Positions 48,736 to 56,930 of a stretch of DNA of 64,000 nucleotides are shown here, piece by piece. The DNA comes from Parcubacteria group bacterium (GTDB taxonomy: Bacteria > Patescibacteriota > Minisyncoccia > JACPHC01): NCBI GenBank assembly GCA_016188775.1, contig JACPHC010000006.1, positions 618 to 64,617 on the forward strand, in the 5' to 3' direction. Position 1 is the stretch's first letter. Every line of letters starts with the position of its first letter. The position numbers and the translations under genes were made by a program. The notes below the pieces were generated by a model that saw only the letters and a program-made list of their open reading frames with translations, made no database searches and had not been told where the DNA came from.

Positions 48736-50670
48736 TTAATTATTATTTTTTTTCTTAATTTCATCTCTTAAAACAGCGGCTTGTTCGAAATTAAGATCAA
48801 TAATAGCTTTTTTCAATTCTCGTTTGAGCGTTTTCAGATTATGATTTTCAAAAGCGTCCGTTAAGATCGTTTTTTCTTGTTTTGATTTATGAGCTTTGGA
48901 AAATAAATCTTCACTGATTATTTTGCTGATTGTTTGAGGAATAACGCCGAATTTTTTATTGTGCGCCTCTTGATACTGACGACGCCTTTTTGTTTCCTCG
49001 ATCGCTTTTCGCATTGAGCCAGTGATATTGTCCGCGTACATTATGACTTGGCCGGCCGAATGCCGAGCCGTCCGGCCGATAATTTGAATTAAAGAAGTTT
49101 CGCCCCTCAAAAATCCTTCTTTATCCGCGTCCAAAATGATAACTAAAGAAACCTCGGGCAAATCCAACCCTTCCCGCAAAAGATTGACGCCGACAATGGC
49201 GTCGTATTTTCCCCGTCTTAAATCATTGAGAATTTTTGGCCGTTCCAAGGTTTTTATTTCCGAATGAATATAATTGACGTTAATATCGCGTTCTTTTAAA
49301 AATTCGTTTAAATCTTCAGCCAAGCGTTTGGTGATGGTTAAAATTAAAACCCGCTCATTATTATTTTTTCTTTTTTTGACTTCTTCAATCAGATTTTCAA
49401 CTTGATTTTTAGTCGGCCGGATTTCTATTTTTGGATCAAGCAGTCCCTGCGGTCTTATCAACTGCTCCGCGATATTTTCGCTTTTTTTGAGCTCATAAGG
49501 CCCGGGGGTGGCCGAGACATAAATCGCCTGACTGACTTTTTTTTCAAATTCATCAAATTTAAGCGGGCGATTGTCCAGGGCCGAAGGCAGGCGAAAGCCG
49601 TAGTCAACCAAAATTTGTTTTCTTTGGCGATCTCCTTCATGCATTCCTCGAATTTGCGGGATTGATAAATGCGATTCGTCAATGACGGTTAAAAAATTTT
49701 CGGGAAAATAATCCAGCAGGGTAAAAGGCGGTTCGCCCGGGGCGCGGAAAGAAAGATGCCGGGAATAATTTTCAATTCCGTGAGCGTAGCCGATTTTTTC
49801 CAAAAGTTCCAAGTCGTATTTTGTTTTTTGTTCCAATCTTTGAGCTTCCAGAAATTTTTTTTCACTTTTAAATTGTTCAAGACGTTTTTTTAATTCTTTT
49901 TTAATGTTTAAAATCGCGATTTTTATTTTTTTTTGCGGAGTGACGAAATGTTTGGCCGGAAATATCCTAATCTTGATTTTATTCGTTCTTTTTTCGTTTT
50001 CTTTCGAGGTAATTCTAACGATTTGATTTTTATTAATTTCAATTAAAATAATATTTTGGCCGGTCGGCGAACCGATTTCGATTTCATCGCCATAAGCCCG
50101 AACCAGCCCCGGTCCGATTAAAAGCGAACGTTCGTATTGCAATATGGCCAGCTGTTTTAAAAGAGAGCGCTGCGAGATTTTTTCCCCGACTTTTAAATTT
50201 AGAGAAATTTTTTCATATTCGGCCGGATCGCCGATGCCGTAAATGCAAGAGACCGAAGCGATAATAATCGTGTCCGGCCGCTCAAACAAAGAAGCGGTGG
50301 CAGCGTGCCGAAGATGATCGATAAATTCGTTTATTTTGGCGTCTTTTTCAATATAAGTGTCGGTGGGCGGCAAATAAGCCTCGGGCTGGTAATAATCATA
50401 GTAACTGACAAAATAATGGACTGCGTTGGCGGGGAAAAATGATTTTAATTCCTGAAAAAGTTGGGCCGCCAGAGTTTTGTTGGGCGAAATTATCAAGGCC
50501 GGCCTTTGTTCTGCTTCAATAATTTTAGCCATCGTGAATGTTTTACCCGAGCCGGTGACGCCCAAAAGAGTTTGGTGTTTTCGGCCGGCTTTTAATCCTT
50601 CAATCAATTTTCGGCCGGCTTTTTCTTGATCAATAGTCGGTTTAAATTTTGAGACGATTTGAAATCGCAT
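48736..50670 (-). CDS. uvrB: Excinuclease ABC subunit B
   Basis: GVTGSGKTF, YYDYYQPEAY, DESH, FEQAAVLRD. Confidence 0.98.
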   Translation of the reverse strand: MRFQIVSKFKPTIDQEKAGRKLIEGLKAGRKHQTLLGVTGSGKTFTMAKIIEAEQRPALIISPNKTLAAQLFQELKSFFPANAVHYFVSYYDYYQPEAYLPPTDTYIEKDAKINEFIDHLRHAATASLFERPDTIIIASVSCIYGIGDPAEYEKISLNLKVGEKISQRSLLKQLAILQYERSLLIGPGLVRAYGDEIEIGSPTGQNIILIEINKNQIVRITSKENEKRTNKIKIRIFPAKHFVTPQKKIKIAILNIKKELKKRLEQFKSEKKFLEAQRLEQKTKYDLELLEKIGYAHGIENYSRHLSFRAPGEPPFTLLDYFPENFLTVIDESHLSIPQIRGMHEGDRQRKQILVDYGFRLPSALDNRPLKFDEFEKKVSQAIYVSATPGPYELKKSENIAEQLIRPQGLLDPKIEIRPTKNQVENLIEEVKKRKNNNERVLILTITKRLAEDLNEFLKERDINVNYIHSEIKTLERPKILNDLRRGKYDAIVGVNLLREGLDLPEVSLVIILDADKEGFLRGETSLIQIIGRTARHSAGQVIMYADNITGSMRKAIEETKRRRQYQEAHNKKFGVIPQTISKIISEDLFSKAHKSKQEKTILTDAFENHNLKTLKRELKKAIIDLNFEQAAVLRDEIKKKNNN

Positions 50671-50691
50671 AAAATAAGAATTAAAAGCGAA

Positions 50692-50777
50692 GGAAATGGA
50701 TTTTTAAAATCGCAGGCGTGGTCGGCTAAATTTGCGAAGCAAATTTAGGGCTACGGCGATTTTAAAAAATCCGTTTC
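50692..50777. repeat. Inverted-repeat element
   Basis: GGAAATGGATTTTTAAAATCGC ... GCGATTTTAAAAAATCCGTTTCC; related sequence near 1444-1468 and 24846-24895. Confidence 0.65.
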
Positions 50778-50834
50778 CGAAGAGTTATAATTTTGCGTTG
50801 CGTTTTATTTTTTAAGATTATATGATTAAATGTA

Positions 50835-51908
50835 ATGTTGGAAATCGAACAAATTACAAGCGATGATTTTAAAAATCAATGGAATGAGTTTGCGTTGAGC
50901 CAACAAACTAAAGAGTCTTTTGGATCGTTTGCCGGCTCTTTTTTTCAGTCTTGGGAATGGGGCGAATTCCAGGTCCTTTTAGGCCGGCCGATTTTACGTT
51001 TGGCTGTCAGAGACGAGGATAAAAAAATAATCGCTCTGGCGTCATTTATACATTATTCATTGCCATTTGGCAAGGCCCAGATTTACGCTCCCAGAGGCCC
51101 GATTTTGCGTCAGGATTTATGGAATACGAAAAAGAGCCAAGAAATTTTTTTAGCGATTTTAGAGGCAATTAAGACTGCCAGGGTTGAAAATAACAGCATT
51201 TTTTTAAGGACTGAACCGAGCCTAACTGCCCAGCCCGATTTTTTTAAAAAAGCCGGTTTTCAACCTTTTGCCGACGACGTCCAGCCGCGGGAAAACCAAA
51301 TTTTGGATTTAAAGAAATCCGAAGAAGAACTTTTATCCGAAATGCATCCGTCCGCCCGGCATAATATTCGTCTGGCCAAAAAGAGAGGCGTTATTATCAG
51401 GGAATTAACTCAAAAAAGCGAAAACGATCAAAAGATTTTTTTCGATTTAATGAAGAAAACCTTGCAAAGGCAGCGATTTCGATCGCAGCCAAAACAATAT
51501 TACAATTTGATGCTGGATTTTTTTCAAAGAAGGGGAGAAAATCAAAATCGCCAGAGCGTGAAAATCGCTTTTTTTGAAGCGATCTGGAATGGAAAAACCG
51601 TCGCGGCCAATATCGTTTTTCTTTTCGGCTCTCACGCGACTTATCTTTTCGGCGGCTCGGATTTGGCTTTTAGCGGCATTAAAGCCCCGATTTTGCTTCA
51701 TTGGGAATCAATGCTTCGTTTGAAAAAAGACGGCTATTTAAGTTATGATCTGGGCGGGATTTCCCGTCAAAAATGGCCCGGCCTGACTGATTTTAAAACT
51801 CGGTTCGGCGGTCAGACTATTAAACTCATTGGCTCATACGATTTTGTTTTTAGCCCGTTTTGGTATTATATTTATAAATACGGGAGAAGACTTAAAAGAT
51901 CGCTATGA
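50835..51908 (+). CDS. FemABX-family peptidoglycan peptidyltransferase
   Basis: FFQSWEWGEF, YAPRGP, RHNIRLAKKRG, YDLGG, FKTRFGG. Confidence 0.92.
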   Translation: MLEIEQITSDDFKNQWNEFALSQQTKESFGSFAGSFFQSWEWGEFQVLLGRPILRLAVRDEDKKIIALASFIHYSLPFGKAQIYAPRGPILRQDLWNTKKSQEIFLAILEAIKTARVENNSIFLRTEPSLTAQPDFFKKAGFQPFADDVQPRENQILDLKKSEEELLSEMHPSARHNIRLAKKRGVIIRELTQKSENDQKIFFDLMKKTLQRQRFRSQPKQYYNLMLDFFQRRGENQNRQSVKIAFFEAIWNGKTVAANIVFLFGSHATYLFGGSDLAFSGIKAPILLHWESMLRLKKDGYLSYDLGGISRQKWPGLTDFKTRFGGQTIKLIGSYDFVFSPFWYYIYKYGRRLKRSL

Positions 51909-52474
51909 TTTCTACTATTGAAGGACAACTCAAAGAAAAGAATGGCAAGTCCGTTATTTTGGAAACGGGCGGCATTGGTTACGAAATTTTTGTTTCAAGT
52001 CGGACGCTCAAAGAATTAAACGAATTTAACCATTCGATCAAGCTTTGGACATTTTTAAGCATTCGGGAGGATCGCATGGAACTTTATGGATTTTTAAACA
52101 AGGAAGAACTGGATTTTTTTCATCTTTTGGATTCAGTGGCTGGCGTCGGGCCAAAAGGAGCTCTGGCTATTTTGGGGTTATCCGACTTGACCCGTTTGAA
52201 AGCCGCTGTTTTTCAGGAAGACAGCAAATTTTTGACCAAAGTCGCCGGCATCGGGAAAAAAACGGCGGAACGGATTATTCTGGAACTCAAAAATAAAATT
52301 AAAGATATTGAAAATCTGCCGGCCCTTGAATCCGATCACGAAATTCTTGACGCTTTGGTTGAGTTGGGATATAGCGCCAGAGAAGCCAAGGCCGCGATTG
52401 AAAAAATCCCCGACGAGGCCCAGGGGCTTGAACCAAGATTAAAATCCGCCTTAAAATCGCTGTCGAAAAAATGA
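51905..52474 (+). CDS. ruvA: Holliday junction DNA-binding protein RuvA
   Basis: GIGYEI, LYGF, GVGPK, GIGKKTAERI, ALVELGY. Confidence 0.97.
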   Translation: MISTIEGQLKEKNGKSVILETGGIGYEIFVSSRTLKELNEFNHSIKLWTFLSIREDRMELYGFLNKEELDFFHLLDSVAGVGPKGALAILGLSDLTRLKAAVFQEDSKFLTKVAGIGKKTAERIILELKNKIKDIENLPALESDHEILDALVELGYSAREAKAAIEKIPDEAQGLEPRLKSALKSLSKK

Positions 52475-53088
52475 TACCAAACATCCTTATTAATTTATCC
52501 CGTTTAGGTTTTTTGATTTTTTTGATTTTTCAGGCGCTAAACTTAAAAGGTATTTTGAATTTCCAGCCGACTTTCAGTTGGGAAGGATTAATCACTACTT
52601 CGCTTTTTATCTGGTTTAGCGTTGAGTTCATCCATTATTATTTAAAAAATCGGAATTTGCGGTCTTTAAGCTCGTTTGTTTTTGTTTTAGGTTTTATTCC
52701 CACTTCCGTTGATTTTTTCGGCGATATCCTGCATTTTTACGATCGTTTTTATTGGTATGATCGGGCCGCTCATTTTTCCGCCGCTTCCAGTTTGGCCATC
52801 CTGGCTTTGATAATTTTATCAAATCTTAGAAAAAAAAATTATTTCAATTGGAGTTTGGTCATGCTTCTTTTTATAGTTTTTTCCGTCACCCTCATCGGCG
52901 GCGTTTTTTATGAAATTGAAGAATATTTGGAAGATCGATTGTACTGGAGCCGTCAGCTTCGTTTGGGAGACGGTCCGGACACGGTCGAAGATATTATGTT
53001 TGACGCTTTCGGCGGCTTGTTCGTGACTTGGACGGCGTTTATTTATCAGAAAGTGAAAAATGCTCGAAAAAATTCTTCGGCTTCTTAA
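52471..53088 (+). CDS. Membrane protein (DUF2238/YjdF-like)
   Basis: WYDRAAHF, YEIEEY, DTVEDI motifs in TM context. Confidence 0.75.
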   Translation: MIPNILINLSRLGFLIFLIFQALNLKGILNFQPTFSWEGLITTSLFIWFSVEFIHYYLKNRNLRSLSSFVFVLGFIPTSVDFFGDILHFYDRFYWYDRAAHFSAASSLAILALIILSNLRKKNYFNWSLVMLLFIVFSVTLIGGVFYEIEEYLEDRLYWSRQLRLGDGPDTVEDIMFDAFGGLFVTWTAFIYQKVKNARKNSSAS

Positions 53089-54316
53089 AACTTATATTAT
53101 TCCGAAATCTATTTTTAATCTGGCTCGGCCGAGCTATCATTATTTTCTGGCGGGTTTGTCCGCTTTTTTTTACGGCTTCCCGTCAAAAAAATTAAAAGTT
53201 ATCGGCGTCACCGGCACTAAAGGAAAATCTTCCACGGTTTATCTTTTAAGCCGGATTTTTGACGCGGCTCGTCTCAAAAATGCCGTTTTATCTTCAATTG
53301 AAATAAAAATCAACGGTGAAATTCAGCCCAATTTTCAAAAAATGACTATGCCGGGCCGGTTTTTTATTCAGAAATTTTTAGCCGAAGCGGTTTCTTCTGG
53401 ATGCGAGTTTGCGATTTTAGAAACGACTTCGGAAGGCATTAAACAGTTTCGGCATAAATTTATTGATTTTGAAGCCGCGGTTTTCACGAATTTGAGTCCG
53501 GAGCATATTGAATCGCACGGCTCTTTTGAAAAATACCGCCAGGCGAAATTGGAACTTTTTCAAGCCGTTAAAAAAATTCATATTATTAACGCGGACGATC
53601 CGTCAGCGAAATATTTTTTGGAAATCCCGGCGGCTAAAAAAATTCAATACGGAAAAAATAATAATTCTTTCGGCTCTTTGGATTTAAAATTGGAAGGAGA
53701 GTTTAATTATTACAACGCTTTGGCCGCCGGTGAAACCGCGCTTGCTTTGGATGTTGATAAAGAAATCATTAAAAAAGCCCTCGCAAGCGTGGAAACTATT
53801 TCCGGCAGATTTGAATATATTAACGCCGGGCAAGATTTTAAAGTAGTTGTTGATTATGCTCATACGCCGGATTCTTTGGAAAAAGTTTATCAGACGATTA
53901 AGGTAAAAGATAAAGACGCGAGGTTGATCTGCGTTTTGGGCGCGGCTGGCGGCGGCCGAGATAAATGGAAAAGACCGGTGATGGGAGAAATTGCCGCAAA
54001 ATATTGCGATAAGATTATTTTGACCAATGAAGACCCGTATGACGAAAATCCAAGCCGGATTTTATCGGAGATAAAATCCGGAATTTCCAATTCCCCCGCC
54101 AGTCGGACAGGCAGGCAATTTCTATTTTCCAATTTATTTGAAATTTTAGATCGGAAAAAAGCGATTCAAAAAGCTTTGGGATTGGCGAAAAAAGACGATT
54201 TTGTTATTATTATTGGTAAAGGTTCGGAAAAATGGATGATGCTGGAAAATGGCAAAAAAATTCCTTGGGATGAACGGGAGACGGTTAAAGAAATTTTAAA
54301 AGGTCGAAAAATATGA
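53060..54316 (+). CDS. murE: UDP-MurNAc-tripeptide synthetase (Mur ligase)
   Basis: GVTGTKGKSS, FTNLSPEH, GRFE, VDYAHTPD, GGRD, EDPYDE, GKG. Confidence 0.92.
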   Translation: MLEKILRLLKTYIIPKSIFNLARPSYHYFLAGLSAFFYGFPSKKLKVIGVTGTKGKSSTVYLLSRIFDAARLKNAVLSSIEIKINGEIQPNFQKMTMPGRFFIQKFLAEAVSSGCEFAILETTSEGIKQFRHKFIDFEAAVFTNLSPEHIESHGSFEKYRQAKLELFQAVKKIHIINADDPSAKYFLEIPAAKKIQYGKNNNSFGSLDLKLEGEFNYYNALAAGETALALDVDKEIIKKALASVETISGRFEYINAGQDFKVVVDYAHTPDSLEKVYQTIKVKDKDARLICVLGAAGGGRDKWKRPVMGEIAAKYCDKIILTNEDPYDENPSRILSEIKSGISNSPASRTGRQFLFSNLFEILDRKKAIQKALGLAKKDDFVIIIGKGSEKWMMLENGKKIPWDERETVKEILKGRKI

Positions 54317-54355
54317 AAATTAAACAGCTCAAAATATAATACCTTGAATTGCAAA

Positions 54356-54460
54356 ATGTCATCGCGAGCGAGCCCTAAGGCGAGCGCGGCGATCTCGCGT
54401 TTATATACAGAAGCGTAGGATTGCCGCGTCGCTCGCTTTGTTCGCTCCTCGCAATGACAT
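54356..54460. repeat. REPIN-like inverted pair (family A)
   Basis: ATGTCATCGCGAG...GCGATCT ... GGATTGCC...CTCGCAATGACAT. Confidence 0.85.
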
Positions 54461-54493
54461 CTTTTTGAGAATTTCGTAATTCATAGATAATAT

Positions 54494-54706
54494 ATGGATA
54501 ACTATCTTCACAATTTAATTCATCAGCTTTCCGAGGACTTGGACAGTCTTTGGAGATACGATACGTACAAAGACGATTCTAAAAATTTTTGCGACCATTG
54601 CCACGGACTTTGGGATAAAATGAGAAAAATGGACGAAGACAAAGCCCAGCTTTTGATTGACGAACTTTTAATGCACGTTAAGGAAGGCAAGGTTAAAATT
54701 AAATAA
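54494..54706 (+). CDS. Small helical protein (half ferritin-like), with CDHC
   Basis: NLIHQLSEDLDSLWRYDTYKDD...CDHCHGLW. Confidence 0.75.
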   Translation: MDNYLHNLIHQLSEDLDSLWRYDTYKDDSKNFCDHCHGLWDKMRKMDEDKAQLLIDELLMHVKEGKVKIK

Positions 54707-54717
54707 ATCCCGTTAAA

Positions 54718-55569
54718 GTGAAATTAAAGTTTTTAAAAATTCCTTTATTTTTAGAGGAAGCCGCTTTTTTTGGTCTGGCTCAAGTTTTGGGAATTTTATC
54801 CGCCTGGAAAACCTCTATTTTTTTAAATGAATCGGTTCCTCAAATTAAAACGGAAGAATCTTTTTCCGGACTCCAATTTATTATTTATTTTTTGATCGGC
54901 ACGCTAGTTATTTTCATTTTTTTGCGTTTTTTTAAATCAAACATTCCTTTTAAATTTTTCTTTTATCTGACGGTTTTTAGCGGAATGAATTTAATTTTTT
55001 CTTCTTTTTTTAGCGCCAATCTAGCTCTGATTTTATCCTTTGCTTTGGTTGTTTTTTTGTTTATCCATCCCCGAGTCTGGCTTCACAATTTGGTTTTTAC
55101 TTTGGGAGTCGGCGGTCTGGGCGGGCTGTTGGGTATTAGCTTAACGCCTTGGACCGCTGTTTTGATTTTAATCGTTTTATCTATTTACGATTGGATCGCG
55201 GTTTATAAAACCAAGCATATGGTTAAACTCGCCAAGGAGATGATTCAACGGGGAGCGATTTTCGCCCTGATTCTGCCGGAAAAAATTCGGGATTTATTTA
55301 TACTTCCCAATTATGAAGTTAAGCCCGGAGAAGGGAGGGCTTTTTTTCTGGGCGGCGGAGACGTGGCTTTGCCTCTGCTTCTTTCCGCCTCGGTTTTAAC
55401 TTTTTATGGATTAAAAATCAGCGCTCTGACCGCGGTTTTTTCTTTATTCGGTCTTTTGGCCACTCATTTATTGTTTATTCTTCAGGAGAGGAAAAAACCT
55501 ATGCCGGCTTTGCCGCCAATCGCCCTTTTTACGATTGCGGGATTTTTGATTGGCAGATTGATTTTCTAA
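54718..55569 (+). CDS. Presenilin/SPP-family (A22) intramembrane aspartyl protease
   Basis: SIYD..AVYKTKHM, LGGGD, PALP; ~9 TM. Confidence 0.9.
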   Translation: MKLKFLKIPLFLEEAAFFGLAQVLGILSAWKTSIFLNESVPQIKTEESFSGLQFIIYFLIGTLVIFIFLRFFKSNIPFKFFFYLTVFSGMNLIFSSFFSANLALILSFALVVFLFIHPRVWLHNLVFTLGVGGLGGLLGISLTPWTAVLILIVLSIYDWIAVYKTKHMVKLAKEMIQRGAIFALILPEKIRDLFILPNYEVKPGEGRAFFLGGGDVALPLLLSASVLTFYGLKISALTAVFSLFGLLATHLLFILQERKKPMPALPPIALFTIAGFLIGRLIF

Positions 55570-55712
55570 TTTTTTACTACAATGCGATTACGATCGTGAG
55601 CTCATTGTAGTGAGAAAATAGAAAAGAAAGAAAAAAACGAAAAGATTGATTTTCCAAAAAAGTTTTGATAAAGTCATTTGAATAAAAAATCGATCTTTAA
55701 AAAGGAGGAAAA

Positions 55713-55871
55713 ATGCCTGTTTGCTGTCAAGAATTAGAAGAGAAAAAAAGTTTTTTAAAAATGGAATTTGTGAATGTTTGTCCTTTTTGTGGAACTGTTT
55801 TAAGCCCGGAAAGGTTTAAAACAATAATAAAAGAAATTGAAAAGGAGAAAAAAGATGCAATGCAAGGATAA
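55713..55871 (+). CDS. Small Cys-motif protein (52 aa)
   Basis: AAGGAGG SD; MPVCCQELEEKKSFLKMEFVNVCPFCGTVLSPERFKTIIKEIEKEKKDAMQG*; not in ORF track. Confidence 0.7.
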   Translation: MPVCCQELEEKKSFLKMEFVNVCPFCGTVLSPERFKTIIKEIEKEKKDAMQG

Positions 55872-56073
55872 GAAATGCGGAGGTGAAGTAGATTTTAAAT
55901 TGATGAATGGAATAATGGTGAGACTTGGGCCTAGCGAATTGGATCAAGGTTTTCCTTGCAAAAAGTGCGGCCAATTATACAAAAATCACGGCGGATTGGT
56001 TTCTAGGGAAATCAAGGGGAAAATTAAATTTCTGTATTTAAATAAAAAAACTCTTGAAATAGAGCTTAGATGA
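55855..56073 (+). CDS. Small zinc-ribbon protein
   Basis: AAGGAG SD before ATG 55855; CKDKKC...CKKC; followed by hairpin GTCCCCA/TGGGGAC and T-tract. Confidence 0.7.
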   Translation: MQCKDKKCGGEVDFKLMNGIMVRLGPSELDQGFPCKKCGQLYKNHGGLVSREIKGKIKFLYLNKKTLEIELR

Positions 56074-56138
56074 AGACTTGTCCCCATTATGGGGACTTTT
56101 TCTTTTTTAAAAAAATTGCTAATTTATTTATAGTATTA

Positions 56139-56213
56139 GCCCTCGTAGCTCAACGGATAGAGCGTAGGCCTCCGGAGCCTAAGACAGGGGTTCAATTCCT
56201 CTCGAGGGCACCA
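56139..56213 (+). tRNA. tRNA-Arg(CCG)
   Basis: Acceptor GCCCTCG/CGAGGGC, D arm, anticodon stem TAGGC/GCCTA with loop CTCCGGA, GTTCAAT T-loop, encoded CCA. Confidence 0.95.
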
Positions 56214-56216
56214 AAA

Positions 56217-56407
56217 TAAAAAACCCGCGCCCGGGTTTTTTATTTTGGTGTATATTTACGACCGCGCTCGAACTTGCTTTAACCCCACACCTAAATTTTA
56301 GGTATGGGGGTTTATCAAAAATTCCTGAACTAAGGAAGTCCGCCGCCAGCCGCCGCTCTGAACGAGTAGGCAGCGGGGCTTCACTTGCGGCTCGTGGGGA
56401 AAATTCT
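56217..56407 (+). repeat. Left arm of 191-bp inverted repeat
   Basis: Reverse complement of 59756-59946 with 2 mismatches. Confidence 0.95.
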
Positions 56408-56447
56408 TGACATGACACAAATTTATTTAGGTGATATAATCAAAATC

Positions 56448-56909
56448 ATGAATAAAAAAGTTTTATTTTTTGTTGTTATAATAATCGCTGTTATTTCAAT
56501 CAGTGCATATTTTTGGCTACAGAAGGCAGATGTTCTTATTTCTACTCCTGCTTCACGAAAAACATCGCCTACACCAACTTCAAATGAGCTGACTACAAAA
56601 GTAAAGAACCCCACTATTGCTAATTCGGCAAACGATCTTGTCGGCAACAACAACCTTGAAAGTATCGGCTTAATTTGGGATAGAGAAGAAGGCGCGGTAG
56701 AATATGTTATTTTCCGCTCCGATTTCATAAGCGGCCCCTTTGTGGAATTTAGACGTATTCGTGCAGGTATTGAGATACGCGCAAACACCGAGGATATTAC
56801 ACCGGATGCTAGGACAAAAACGCTTTGCTATAAAATTGAAGCAAGAGACATTGCCGGAAAGATCATTAGAATTTATGAACCGATATGCGTGCCAAAGTGG
56901 CAAGAATAA
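56448..56909 (+). CDS. Membrane-anchored protein with FN3-like domain
   Basis: ATG 56448 follows TGnTATAAT; N-terminal TM; domain duplicated in the next gene. Confidence 0.8.
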   Translation: MNKKVLFFVVIIIAVISISAYFWLQKADVLISTPASRKTSPTPTSNELTTKVKNPTIANSANDLVGNNNLESIGLIWDREEGAVEYVIFRSDFISGPFVEFRRIRAGIEIRANTEDITPDARTKTLCYKIEARDIAGKIIRIYEPICVPKWQE

Positions 56910-56930
56910 ATCATCAGAATAAATTTAATT

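Noticed and set aside
56179-56418. 79-aa minus-strand ORF and the 5' extension of ORF 56385
   Set aside because: They overlap the tRNA and the inverted-repeat arm; ATG 56448 fits the promoter and signal anchor better
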